Shown: in pieces, positions 38,041 through 47,988 of the stretch
Layout: each line of letters starts with the position of its first letter
How positions within the stretch are numbered: the stretch's first letter is position 1
Assembly (NCBI GenBank): GCA_048463395.1
Contig: DBFWPL010000019.1
Span: 2,668-66,667, forward strand
DNA from: Alphaproteobacteria bacterium
Lineage (GTDB): Bacteria > Pseudomonadota > Alphaproteobacteria > RF32 > CAG-239
Length of the DNA: 64,000 nucleotides
Direction of reading: 5' to 3'
Position numbers and translations under genes: made by a program
The notes under the pieces: model-generated
Database searches by the model: none
What the model saw: only the letters and a program-made list of their open reading frames with translations
What the model was told of the DNA's origin: nothing

Positions 38041-41000
38041 GTAAAGAAGTATTAACACGTTCCGAAACTTATGTGAGAAAAACCAACCGCATTATTCTTG
38101 CGGTTGGTATCACTTCATTTGTAATCTTTATATTCGGTGTTATGCTTCTTATTCAAAGCAACGAGGTCGTTGATGATTATCAGGAACCTGTTTTTACGGA
38201 TAATGATGATGCTTTGAATATTGGCGAAGTCAAGCCTTTAGAAAATAATCTGGAGTTTGGAAATGTCGATGACGGAGAGATTCCGATTACGACAACCCCT
38301 AATCCCATTAATATGGGACAGGTAGTTTTGGGCACGGATGCCCGCAACGTACTGACAATCGGGACAAACGGCAAAGCATCAATCACGATTAGTTCCGTAC
38401 AATTGGCTGAACCTCCGTTTGACGGCTTCAGTTTCCATGACGATTGCAGCGGAAAAACGCTAAGGGGGAATGAGCATTGCGATATTACCATGTCTTGGGT
38501 GCCGATTGTTCCGGGAAACGTTCAAAATAACTTTATCGTTTCATGGCATGAATCAAACTTAAGCGTCAGCAATGCAAAATCTGAAAAAATTACAGTGGAC
38601 GGAAATGCCATTCGTAAAGAAGATTGTAATTTTTGTGAAACGGCTTTGCCTAAAGATGGCAATGATGAACAGAAAAATGCTTCTAAATTACGGGCAATTA
38701 TAGGGCCGAACGGAGAAATCATCGGTTATGCGGATGAAGACGGTTATGTTCGCGACAAAAACGGCAATATTATCGGTCGGGTCAACGCAAACGGCATGGC
38801 TGTTGATGAGGATGGTAATATTATCGGTGTCGCAGATAATCGAAAACTTGTGTATGACGAGTTTGGTAATGTTATCGGTTATGTAAATCCTGACGGAACG
38901 GTTGTTGATAAAGACGGCAATGTTATCGGAAGAATGCTTCCGGACGGAACCGTCGTTGACGCTAACGGCAATGTGATCGGCAAGGCGGTAGATGCCGGTT
39001 ATGTGTATGATAAAGACGGTAATATTATTGGTCGTGTTCTTCCGGACGGAACCGTCGTTGACATGGATGGCAATGTAATCGGCCGTTTGAACGAAAACGG
39101 CGAAGTCGTTGACGCCAATGGCAATGTGATTGGCTATGTCAGCAAACCGGGACGTGTGGCCGTTGATGAAAACGGTAATATTTTAGGCGTGGTTATGCCA
39201 AACGGAGCCGTTGTTGATGCTAATGGCAATGTGGTTGGTTATGTAGACGAGAACGGCAATGTTGTTAAAGACAAAACATTGGGAAGCAACCGCCGTTTTG
39301 CTTACGATAAAGACGGCAATATTATCGGTTATATTGATGAAAACGGCAATGTGATTGATGCCGACGGCAATATTATCGGTCGGATGTTGGAGGACGGAAC
39401 CATTGTCGATTTAGACGGTAATGTGATTGGCGAAGCCGGAGATGTTACTGTCGGTCCTCAGCGGCGTTTGGCATATGATAAAGACGGCAACGTAATAGGT
39501 TATATTGACGAGAACGGCAATGTCGTTGATTTTAACGGCAATATTATCGGAAAAATGCTTGAAGACGGTACCCTTGTTGACCTAGACGGAAATATCATTG
39601 GAAAAGCCGGAGAATTTGTCAATCTGGCATTGGATAAATATGGTAATGTCATTGGTTATGTCAAACCGGACGGAACGATTGTCGATAAAAACGGGAAAGT
39701 CATCGGTAAAGTGTCGGATATGACTGTCGGTCCTCAGCGGCGTTTGGCATATGATAAAGACGGCAACGTAATAGGTTATATTGACGAGAACGGTAATGTC
39801 GTTGATTTTAACGGCAATATTATCGGAAAAATGCTTGAAGACGGTACCCTTGTTGACTTAGACGGAAATGTCATCGGCAGAGCCGGAGAATATGTCAATT
39901 TAGCGTTGGACAAGAATGGAAAGGTTATCGGCTATGTTAGTGCGGATGGCAAGGTTTATGATTTGAACGGTAATGAAATAGGCTATATTGACGAGAATGG
40001 CAATATTGTAAGTAATGAGCGTTATAAAATCGGAGGTTTGGTTGAAACACAAATGATTCCAATAACCGCTTCGGGTGAAGTCTTAGGAACAGTCAACAAT
40101 AACGGTACGGTTGAGAATGACAGGCAACAGGTTGTAGGACGTATTCTGTCCAACGGCTTAGTAAAAGATCCGTCCGGTTCAAAAGTGATTGCCCGTTTAG
40201 TTCGGGGTGGTTTGGTTGTCGGTTATGGTTGTAAAAATATCGGTTATCTGGAAAGAGACGGAAAAATCCGCAAATCTAATCAGGATACGGGATATAAAGT
40301 CAATAGTAACGGGATTGTAACAGACAGTTCCGGAGCTTATATAGGGGAAGTTGTTTCTCCGGGAAAAGTTTTTGATAATTCCTGCACGCTTTTGGGTGAG
40401 GTCGGCACGGACGGTATTGTTCGCGGCGGTTCCAACAACTACGTCGGCTGTGTCAATCCGGACGGAACGGTCCTGGATGAAAAAGGCGATATTATCGGCG
40501 GTACGGTTAAAAGCGGAATAGCCCTTTCTTATGACGGAGAATATCTCGGTAAAGTTTCTTCGGACGGCTTGGTTATTTCTCCGGCCTTGCTTCCGGTCGG
40601 CTGTGTCGGAACCTACGGCGATGTTTTCAGCCGAAACGGCGGCTACATCGGAAAAATTTTAGAAAACAAATATGCTTTTGACCTGGACGGCAACTTCCTG
40701 AATATGGTCGGTGAAGACGGACGGGTTTATGTGGCCGGGCAGGCTCCGTCCAGATTATTGGCCAATAATCTGATTGTTGATGATAATAATACGATTATCG
40801 GTATGGCTATGGGTGAGAAAACAACAATTGTCAGTCCGGACGGCAAGGTTCTCGGACGTCTGTTCCCAGACGGATATGTTTACAGCGATAAAGGCGTGGC
40901 TGTCGGCAAAATCAGCGGCGACGGCATGAGCTTTTATAATAAGCAAATCGGCCGGCCGATGCCGAAAGGCGAAGTTGTTGATTTTAACGGCAAACGTCTC

Positions 41001-41897
41001 GGAATAGTCAGCGGAGACGGAACGGTAGTAAACCGTTTTGGCGAAACACTCGGTAAAATTGATGCCAAAGGGACATTGTTGGATTATAAGGGGGAATATA
41101 AAGGTGCAGCTTTGTTGCGAGGAGCCGCGATTGGTTATGACGGAGCTTATCTGGGATACAGTCTGGCTGACGGAAGTATTATTAATCTTGATGGAAAAAA
41201 TGAAGGAAAAGCCAGTGCGGATGGTAAGGTTTTAGATGATAAAAATAATGTCATCGGCGAGATTCTTCCGGAAAACATCGTAGTTGATATCTGGGGTAAT
41301 TATAAAGGCCGCGTAAACTCTCTGGGAGATGTGTTCGATTTGAAAAATGACAACATTACCGCTATTTTGCCGGGCGGTTCCACGGATAAAAACCTCAGTC
41401 TCTTGAAACGGGGAGCTGTCATAGACTTTGGCGGCAACGTTATCGGTTCCGTAGCTCCTGACGGACGGGTAATTGATACGGAAAATGTGGCAATCGGCAG
41501 AGTTCTGTCTGACGGAAACGTGATCAGCCGAGCTGGAAAATTAATCGGAGAAGTGGTTGACGGTGATATTGTTATTGATAACTCTGATAAAGTTGTGGGA
41601 TATGTTAATTTTGATGGTAAAATCATCGGCAAGGATAAGAGCGTTATCGGTCGAGCTTTATCGGGAGACTTGGCAATTGACAACAACGACAACATTCTGG
41701 GCAGAATTTATAAAATAGGGGCGACTATTTTAGGAAATGACGGAAACTACGTCGGACGTTTGTCTCCGGAAGGCGAAGTTATCGACGCAAACGGTAAGAA
41801 CATCGGCTACATCAAAAATAACGGCTCTTTTATAGATTTGGATAAAAAAGTATCGGGTTATGCCCTTCAGGAAGTGGCTAAAAACCGGAGGAACTGA
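38037..41897 (+). CDS. bitopic inner-membrane protein with giant array of 11-residue (xDxxGNVIGxV) repeats; N-terminal half of a split CagY-like VirB10
   Basis: 1286 aa. Cytoplasmic N-terminus plus TM (IILAVGITSFVIFIFGVMLLI). Then about 100 tandem degenerate 11-aa repeats (DKDGNIIGRVLPDGTVVDANGNVIG...). ATGA overlap with VirB9. Confidence 0.6.
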   Translation: MSKEVLTRSETYVRKTNRIILAVGITSFVIFIFGVMLLIQSNEVVDDYQEPVFTDNDDALNIGEVKPLENNLEFGNVDDGEIPITTTPNPINMGQVVLGTDARNVLTIGTNGKASITISSVQLAEPPFDGFSFHDDCSGKTLRGNEHCDITMSWVPIVPGNVQNNFIVSWHESNLSVSNAKSEKITVDGNAIRKEDCNFCETALPKDGNDEQKNASKLRAIIGPNGEIIGYADEDGYVRDKNGNIIGRVNANGMAVDEDGNIIGVADNRKLVYDEFGNVIGYVNPDGTVVDKDGNVIGRMLPDGTVVDANGNVIGKAVDAGYVYDKDGNIIGRVLPDGTVVDMDGNVIGRLNENGEVVDANGNVIGYVSKPGRVAVDENGNILGVVMPNGAVVDANGNVVGYVDENGNVVKDKTLGSNRRFAYDKDGNIIGYIDENGNVIDADGNIIGRMLEDGTIVDLDGNVIGEAGDVTVGPQRRLAYDKDGNVIGYIDENGNVVDFNGNIIGKMLEDGTLVDLDGNIIGKAGEFVNLALDKYGNVIGYVKPDGTIVDKNGKVIGKVSDMTVGPQRRLAYDKDGNVIGYIDENGNVVDFNGNIIGKMLEDGTLVDLDGNVIGRAGEYVNLALDKNGKVIGYVSADGKVYDLNGNEIGYIDENGNIVSNERYKIGGLVETQMIPITASGEVLGTVNNNGTVENDRQQVVGRILSNGLVKDPSGSKVIARLVRGGLVVGYGCKNIGYLERDGKIRKSNQDTGYKVNSNGIVTDSSGAYIGEVVSPGKVFDNSCTLLGEVGTDGIVRGGSNNYVGCVNPDGTVLDEKGDIIGGTVKSGIALSYDGEYLGKVSSDGLVISPALLPVGCVGTYGDVFSRNGGYIGKILENKYAFDLDGNFLNMVGEDGRVYVAGQAPSRLLANNLIVDDNNTIIGMAMGEKTTIVSPDGKVLGRLFPDGYVYSDKGVAVGKISGDGMSFYNKQIGRPMPKGEVVDFNGKRLGIVSGDGTVVNRFGETLGKIDAKGTLLDYKGEYKGAALLRGAAIGYDGAYLGYSLADGSIINLDGKNEGKASADGKVLDDKNNVIGEILPENIVVDIWGNYKGRVNSLGDVFDLKNDNITAILPGGSTDKNLSLLKRGAVIDFGGNVIGSVAPDGRVIDTENVAIGRVLSDGNVISRAGKLIGEVVDGDIVIDNSDKVVGYVNFDGKIIGKDKSVIGRALSGDLAIDNNDNILGRIYKIGATILGNDGNYVGRLSPEGEVIDANGKNIGYIKNNGSFIDLDKKVSGYALQEVAKNRRN
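39440..40000 (+). repeat. two near-identical ~280-bp tandem DNA repeats inside the repeat array
   Basis: gtcggtcctcagcggcgtttggcatatgataaagacggcaacgtaataggttatattgacgagaacgg... occurs at about 39447 and again at about 39727, with only a few mismatches over roughly 280 bp. Confidence 0.8.
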
Positions 41898-41899
41898 GT

Positions 41900-44800
41900 T
41901 TGAAACAGAATAGTTTTTATAGTTTTTTCAGCAAACTTGCCCAAACTTTCAGTGTTGCGGCAATTTGTTGTTTTATGTCTGTTTCTTTAGCTCAAGCTCA
42001 AGAAATTACGGCAATAGATTTTAACGGCGATTTGTTGGGTAAGGTTATTCCGGATGGTAAAGTCGTTAGTCTGGACAACCAATTGATAGGTAACGTTACC
42101 GCCGACAGCTTGATTGTAAATTTTGACGGCGAACTGATAGGTGGTGTCGTCCCGCAGGGAATTGCCATCGGTAACGATAATAAATTGCTGGGTAAGGTAA
42201 ACAATGACGGTTCCGTTCGTATGTCTTCCGGAAAAATTATCGGTAAAGTCTTGCCGACCGGCTTGGTTATTGATGATTATTTTGACGTTATCGGTGCAGT
42301 TTTGTTTCCGGGCTTGGTTTATTCAGACGGTGGACAGACAGTCGGACGTTTGACCGGAGACGGTTTGTATACTAACTTGCAGGGACAGGAAATCGGCTTC
42401 ATATCTCCTGACGGCTACGCTTACCGCCGTGTCGGGACGGATTATGTGCTTGACGGACGCCTGATTTCATCCAAGATGGTGGTTTCCGAAAGCGGAGAGT
42501 TTATCGGCAGTGTTACTCCGGGAGGAAATATTACAAATTTTGATGCTGCAACAATTGGTTTTATCAAGGCAAACGGTTTTGCCTATAATGAGAATAATAC
42601 AATTATCGGCCGTATTGTGCGTTCGGGATATGCTTTTGACAATTTCGGACGTTATATTGGTTTTGTAACTTATAACGGGGAAGTTCTGGATAAAGACAAA
42701 TTGGTCGGACATTTGCGTTCTGATGGTAAAATCGCCGGAGAAAAGGATGATATCATAGGTTTTAGCGTTGATATCTCGGCAACGGCAACGGATTCTACCG
42801 GAAAGTTTTTGGGACGCATTATGCCGGACGGAAAAATTTATCGGGCCAGAGAAGAAGCCGGAATACTGGGTGCGAGGGGCATTATCTATAATAAAGACGG
42901 CAATGCCGTCGGCCGTATTATTCAATCCGGTCCGGTTTTTGATTATAAAGGCTCCCTAGTAGCTCATGCATTGAAAAACGGTAAAGTCATTTTGTTGGAA
43001 GGTACTCCGGCAGGCTATGTTATCGGCAACAAGGCATTTGATAATAACGGACGTTTGAGCGGAGCGACAATGGATGAGCTTTTGGTTGTTAACGGCAATA
43101 ACAAGGCTTTGGGAATTGTCGGAATTAATGCTTCTGTCTTTGACGGAGAAGACCGCCGCATTGTTTCTCCGTTTGGATATGTTTTTAATACGGATGGCAG
43201 TATTAACGGTGCAGCTCTGCCTTTGGGGGCGATATACAATATCAGCGGTATTCCTGTTTCTGAAATTTCCCCGAACGGAGAATTGTATAACAAAGGGAGT
43301 CTGGCTCTGGGAAAATTAACTCAGACAGGTGTCAATATTGACGAGAGAAATAGGATTCTCGGTAAGAACGTTTGCCCTCTCTTTGCTGTGGATGAATCCG
43401 GAAATTCTCTGGGAAATATGTCAGAAGGTAATCTGGTTTTGAATAAAGGCTTGAAAATTACCGCGAAAATTTTGCCGGATAATTCCGTTGTTCCGACATC
43501 CTCCGATGATTCCGTCGATTTAAGCCCGAAAACGGGAAATGCTTATCAAAATAATATTGTAATAAGCTATACCGGAAACCTTTTGGGATACACAAATGAC
43601 GACGGCAGTGTCCGCGACTTTAACGGAAACCGCTTGGGGAAAGTTGTCGGACAGGGCATGGTTGTTGATAATAACGGGTCTGTTATCGGCGGACTGATTG
43701 GATTTGATACGGTAGTTGATGATGATTGTGTAGTCATCGGCGTGGTTGATCCGAAAGGTGAAATTAGAAATTTCCGTAATGTCAGCATGGGAAAGGTTTT
43801 GTTAAACGGACAGGCTGTTTCCGAAAACGGAAATTATATCGGTTATGCAGTTAATGCCCGTTCGGTAGTTGATTATAGCGGCAATATTCTTGGCGTTGCC
43901 TCTGCCGACGGTCGGGTGTTAAACTATGCGGACGAACAATTGGGATGCCTGAATAAGAAAAAACTTTTGAAAAATGCCGATAATACGATCATTGGCGGCA
44001 ATGTTGAATATTCTCCGGTTATGAATTTTAACGGAACGATTATCGGCCGTGGAATTTTGGATGGTTCTGTTGTCAATGATAAAAATATGGTTATCGGTTA
44101 TATGCAACCAGACGGCAATATAAACTCCAAAACCGGAGTTCCTATAGGAGATTTATTTAAATATAAGGTTGCTTTTGACGATAATAACAAATTTATCGGC
44201 CGGGTTTTGGAAAACGGAAAGGTTGTCAATGCCGGAAACGAAGAAATCGGACAAGTTGATTTTATCGGTTATGTTTTAGGCAAAGACGGAGCCAAAATCG
44301 GCTATGCATTATATGATTTTTATGTTTATGACAATAATTTCTCCGTTATGGGATATATTAACAAGGACGGCACGGTTCTTTCCCTGTTGGGGCAAAAACT
44401 CGGAACGCTTGACCGTGGTTTTCTGATTGATCGGGGCGGACAGGTTATCGGTCGCGGTAATCGTGATTTTTATATCCGTGATGAAAGTAATTTGGTTCTG
44501 GGTGAATTAAACTTGGATGGTGAACTGGTTAATGTTTCGGGAGAAATTATCGGCACCATAAACAAAGAAGGTAATATTTTGGACAGCGAAGGCAAAACGA
44601 TTGCCACGGCTAAACCTTTGCAGTTTTATAACCTGACGTTAGACCGCCAAAAAGTCTATGACGAAAACGGAAACCTCATAGGTTACGTAAACAAAGACGG
44701 CAGTGTTGTTGATGAAAACGGCAAACTTATCGGTCTGGTAAATGATGACGGCATTGTCATTTCGGCCAACGGCAACATCATTGGCGGAACATCCCTTGAC

Positions 44801-46327
44801 TGGTATGAAAAAGCCCCGCAAACAGCACCTAAAGACGACAAACTTCCTGAGGTTGGGGTCAATGAATATCAGGAAATCAAAGAACAATATCGCAAATCTT
44901 TGGGAATAGCTCTGACTCCGGACGGAGAATACCTTGGCGAAATTATGGAAGACGGCAATGTCGTGGACAAGAACGGAAAAGTCTTGGGACATAAAATGCC
45001 GGACGGGTTGGTTATAGATGATGACGGAACTTTAATCGGCATTGAAGAAGCCGGCAAACCGAACACGGACGGAATGTTTATTCCGGCGGGAACTTTCGGC
45101 AGCGGCGGAGCTTACGGCGTAGGTAACGGTTCCGGAACCAACTTGGGACCTGGAGGCGGTTTTGGTCCGGGAGAGCGTTACGACCCTCAGCGTGCGGCTG
45201 CTCTGGATGCTGCACAAAACCAGCGTCGTCAGGGAATGGCTGTCGGTAGAATCAGTACTAATATCAGAAAAGAAGCCTTTGACGGTTACCAGAAAAACTG
45301 GGATGAACAAGGTGTTTCCAAAGCCATTTCTTCATGGCGGGTTAAGTTAGACGAGATGATTTTTGCAGACAAACCTATTCCGGCCGTATTGTCTCGCTCT
45401 ATCGACAGCAACAACCCGACCCCGATTACCGCTTTTGTGGAAAGAAATATTTATGCTGAAGAAGGCCGAAACATCATTATTCCGGCAGGAAGCCGTCTGG
45501 TGGGAACTTTGGGCGGTCTGACCGGAACGACGGAAACCACGTCCCAATCTGCTAAAGTCCAAATTTCTTGGGAACGTTTGATTCGTCCAGACGGTGTTTT
45601 GTTTACCTTTGCCGGTATCACCGCGGACGCTCAAGGTCGTGGCGGTGCTCTGGGTTATTTGGATCAGCAGCTGTTTAAGAAATATACTTTGCCGATTATG
45701 ACCACGGCGTTGACCAGTTATACGTCTTATTTAATGGCTGATGACGACAAGAGCAGCGGAGAGACTGAAAGCTCCAGACAACAGGCCGCCAATGACGCTC
45801 GTCAAAACTTCCTGAATGAAATGAATCAGGTGTTTGAACAAATCTTGGCGGACAAGACAAACATCAAACCGCTGACTTATGTTCCTGCCGGTACCAGAAT
45901 TATTGTCTTCCCGAATGTTGATTTGTGGATGAGAACCGAAGAACGTGATGCGGAAGCAAGTACCGGACAGGGTAGTAAGAAAGATGTCTTTATTGATGAC
46001 GAAAAAGTAACCAATGACAGAAAACTGCAAGAAAACAAGCGTGCCGTCAATATCAGTGCAAGTTCTGCGTCTCAGGCCGGAAATGTCTTGTATGAAGCTG
46101 ATGATGCAGGTATTGAGGCTGTTGACGCTCCGCCTAAACTGATTGACGACAGCAGTGTCAAGAACAAGAAAAAAGCCAAAGGTCAACCGACCAATCCTGG
46201 TTTGGTAAGCGGCAGCACACCACCTCCGCCGCCGACGTATTCGACAACTCCGGGAGCCAATAACGCTTCCTCTGGAAGTTCCGGCAGCAGCCAAAACAGC
46301 GACAGTAGTGTTCCTCAATTATTCTGA
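41900..46327 (+). CDS. VirB10/TrbI/CagY-family protein: signal peptide + repeat array + C-terminal VirB10 domain
   Basis: TTG start 2 nt after the upstream stop. Sec-type signal SVAAICCFMSVSLAQA. About 1000 aa of the same repeat family. The C-terminal domain has NIIIPAGSRLVGTL...LTYVPAGTRIIVFPNVDL, the TrbI/VirB10 signature. Confidence 0.75.
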   Translation: MKQNSFYSFFSKLAQTFSVAAICCFMSVSLAQAQEITAIDFNGDLLGKVIPDGKVVSLDNQLIGNVTADSLIVNFDGELIGGVVPQGIAIGNDNKLLGKVNNDGSVRMSSGKIIGKVLPTGLVIDDYFDVIGAVLFPGLVYSDGGQTVGRLTGDGLYTNLQGQEIGFISPDGYAYRRVGTDYVLDGRLISSKMVVSESGEFIGSVTPGGNITNFDAATIGFIKANGFAYNENNTIIGRIVRSGYAFDNFGRYIGFVTYNGEVLDKDKLVGHLRSDGKIAGEKDDIIGFSVDISATATDSTGKFLGRIMPDGKIYRAREEAGILGARGIIYNKDGNAVGRIIQSGPVFDYKGSLVAHALKNGKVILLEGTPAGYVIGNKAFDNNGRLSGATMDELLVVNGNNKALGIVGINASVFDGEDRRIVSPFGYVFNTDGSINGAALPLGAIYNISGIPVSEISPNGELYNKGSLALGKLTQTGVNIDERNRILGKNVCPLFAVDESGNSLGNMSEGNLVLNKGLKITAKILPDNSVVPTSSDDSVDLSPKTGNAYQNNIVISYTGNLLGYTNDDGSVRDFNGNRLGKVVGQGMVVDNNGSVIGGLIGFDTVVDDDCVVIGVVDPKGEIRNFRNVSMGKVLLNGQAVSENGNYIGYAVNARSVVDYSGNILGVASADGRVLNYADEQLGCLNKKKLLKNADNTIIGGNVEYSPVMNFNGTIIGRGILDGSVVNDKNMVIGYMQPDGNINSKTGVPIGDLFKYKVAFDDNNKFIGRVLENGKVVNAGNEEIGQVDFIGYVLGKDGAKIGYALYDFYVYDNNFSVMGYINKDGTVLSLLGQKLGTLDRGFLIDRGGQVIGRGNRDFYIRDESNLVLGELNLDGELVNVSGEIIGTINKEGNILDSEGKTIATAKPLQFYNLTLDRQKVYDENGNLIGYVNKDGSVVDENGKLIGLVNDDGIVISANGNIIGGTSLDWYEKAPQTAPKDDKLPEVGVNEYQEIKEQYRKSLGIALTPDGEYLGEIMEDGNVVDKNGKVLGHKMPDGLVIDDDGTLIGIEEAGKPNTDGMFIPAGTFGSGGAYGVGNGSGTNLGPGGGFGPGERYDPQRAAALDAAQNQRRQGMAVGRISTNIRKEAFDGYQKNWDEQGVSKAISSWRVKLDEMIFADKPIPAVLSRSIDSNNPTPITAFVERNIYAEEGRNIIIPAGSRLVGTLGGLTGTTETTSQSAKVQISWERLIRPDGVLFTFAGITADAQGRGGALGYLDQQLFKKYTLPIMTTALTSYTSYLMADDDKSSGETESSRQQAANDARQNFLNEMNQVFEQILADKTNIKPLTYVPAGTRIIVFPNVDLWMRTEERDAEASTGQGSKKDVFIDDEKVTNDRKLQENKRAVNISASSASQAGNVLYEADDAGIEAVDAPPKLIDDSSVKNKKKAKGQPTNPGLVSGSTPPPPPTYSTTPGANNASSGSSGSSQNSDSSVPQLF

Positions 46328-46341
46328 CAGGAGAATGGGAA

Positions 46342-47310
46342 ATGAGTTTTAAAGTATTGGAATCAGTGTTAAGGCCGTTATCTTATTGGTATAATCAGGA
46401 TAATATCGAAGAAGTTGCCATCAACCGCTCCGGTCAGATTTGGCTGCGTCTTCGCGGCAAAAGAGCTTATCCGTGGGTAATGTATAAAGATGAAAAATTA
46501 TCCAAAGAATATCTGGTGGATTTGCTCTATATCATTGCCAATACGTACGAGTTGCCGTTTGATCCGGTTCAGGGGACACCGGTCGTGTATGCGACAATTC
46601 CGGGAGAACATCGTTTTTCAGCTATTGCCGGTCGAAACGTTATGTATGACCAAGACGACCTGACCGGAGGTGTGGCGATTGCCATCCGTCTTCATAGTGA
46701 AGATGTTGCGTTCGGCTTGCAGGATTACGGTTTAAGCCAGGGCTCGGGGTTGCATAAGATTAATCCGTTAAAGGATATTAAAGACCCGGAAGACCCGTAT
46801 GAACGTCTTTTGCTCAGTTTAAAACGCGGTGATCATATTTTAGTCAGCGGTGCAACCTCAACCGGTAAAACCACGTTCTTAAATAACTTGCTTAAGATTT
46901 TGGACATCAATAAACGTATTGTAACGATTGAAGATACCCGAGAACTCTTGGTGCCGCACCCTAACCGCGTTCACCTTGTATTATCTCGTACCGAACAAAC
47001 CAATGCCATGGACTATAGCAAAATCATCGACTTGGTGGTACGTTTTACGCCTGATGCCATCATCGGCGGTGAGATTTCCACCAGCAATGCCGGAGCCTTG
47101 TGGGAACTGATGGGATCCGGACACGATAACTGTTTGGCAACAATCCACGCCGAGAGCTCCGAAGCTGCTTACAAGGCCTTTACCGACCGTATTTTGCACA
47201 CGTATCCGACAATTGACAGAGTAAAAACCATTGAAGAAATGCATAAAAAGCTCCGTGTCGTGCAAATTAACCGTGATGGCAACTTGCGTGCTATTACCGA
47301 AGTTACTTAA
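46342..47310 (+). CDS. virB11: VirB11/TrbB-family T4SS ATPase
   Basis: 322 aa. Walker A VSGATSTGKTTFLN, IIGGEISTSNAGALWELMGSGHDNCLATIHAES (His box) and an N-terminal domain of VirB11 type. Confidence 0.85.
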   Translation: MSFKVLESVLRPLSYWYNQDNIEEVAINRSGQIWLRLRGKRAYPWVMYKDEKLSKEYLVDLLYIIANTYELPFDPVQGTPVVYATIPGEHRFSAIAGRNVMYDQDDLTGGVAIAIRLHSEDVAFGLQDYGLSQGSGLHKINPLKDIKDPEDPYERLLLSLKRGDHILVSGATSTGKTTFLNNLLKILDINKRIVTIEDTRELLVPHPNRVHLVLSRTEQTNAMDYSKIIDLVVRFTPDAIIGGEISTSNAGALWELMGSGHDNCLATIHAESSEAAYKAFTDRILHTYPTIDRVKTIEEMHKKLRVVQINRDGNLRAITEVT

Positions 47311-47319
47311 AAATAAACA

Positions 47320-47350
47320 AAAAGCTCCTGAGAAAGGAGCTTTTTGTTTC
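47320..47350. terminator. bidirectional terminator between virB11 and the XRE gene (convergent)
   Basis: aaaagctcct-gagaa-aggagctttttgttt. Confidence 0.7.
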
Positions 47351-47359
47351 TAAGAGGAA

Positions 47360-47587
47360 TTAGTCAATCAACTCGATTTTGATTTTCTTGTTATAAAAGT
47401 TCAGTAACTTTTTTATACTGGTGGGAATGATGGCTTTTCCCAACTCTATACGGTCAATTACTTCCGGTGCAAGTCCCGTCTGTACCCGTATAGAGTTCAG
47501 ACGGATGCCTTTTTGTTGGCGTTCTGCCCACAGAGCCGCCCCTAACTGCCGACCGATGATTTTATCAAGATTTTTACATTTATTCAT
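47360..47587 (-). CDS. XRE-family HTH transcriptional regulator (Cro/CI-like)
   Basis: 75 aa. LGAALWAERQQKGIRLNSIRVQTGLAPEVIDRIELGK is a typical helix-turn-helix. Confidence 0.65.
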   Translation of the reverse strand: MNKCKNLDKIIGRQLGAALWAERQQKGIRLNSIRVQTGLAPEVIDRIELGKAIIPTSIKKLLNFYNKKIKIELID

Positions 47588-47624
47588 TTTTCAAACTCCT
47601 TAATTTTGTTTTAGTTAAACAAAA

Positions 47625-47950
47625 CCGCCTTAAAATACTTAAGGCGGGGAGTTCACAACTGCTCAAGAACAGTCCGGGTTATTCGAGCATAGCCTTATAT
47701 CCCCAGCTCCCCGTGAAGGAGTTGTTCTTTTTCTTGAGAGGAGCTGTGACACTCCGCAATTCACCTCTGAACTGCAAGAAAGATGATAATGGAAATAGAT
47801 TAATTTGCAATTAAAATTCTATGGCACTAACTTTCAGCACGCACATTGATACCATCGGGGAGTTGAGGCAGATACTCAACACCGTCAACTTTCGCCAGTG
47901 GTCGCCGACCACCAGCTAATTTTTGCCTCACCCCTGGGTGTCGCTGACCA
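47625..47950. ncRNA. structured non-coding region (candidate cis-regulatory leader of the XRE gene or independent sRNA)
   Basis: About 325 nt with no ORF of 60 aa or more, bounded by two intrinsic-terminator hairpins (47625-47647 and 47958-47975). Several internal stem-loops, for example cagtggtcgccgaccaccag and cagctcc...ggagctg. Confidence 0.3.
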
Positions 47951-47951
47951 C

Positions 47952-47981
47952 AAAAAAAGCCGGAAAACTCCGGCTTTTTTA
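47952..47981. terminator. bidirectional rho-independent terminator
   Basis: aaaaaaagccggaaaactccggctttttt. It ends the minus-strand operon whose last gene is 47989..48735. Confidence 0.75.
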
Positions 47982-47988
47982 AGATTAT

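Noticed and set aside
38037-41897. Interpreting the VirB10 split as a simple frameshift pseudogene
   Set aside because: The downstream reading frame is closed 6 codons before its TTG start, and the new ORF begins with a complete Sec signal peptide. The arrangement is therefore more consistent with two genuine genes, though resequencing is still advised.
47650-47950. Possible tmRNA, RNase P RNA, 6S or SRP RNA
   Set aside because: Compared by eye with the conserved tmRNA 5'/3' ends and tag-peptide end (ALAA-stop), RNase P CR-I/CR-V and the 4.5S hairpin. None are present. Retained only as an unclassified structured region.
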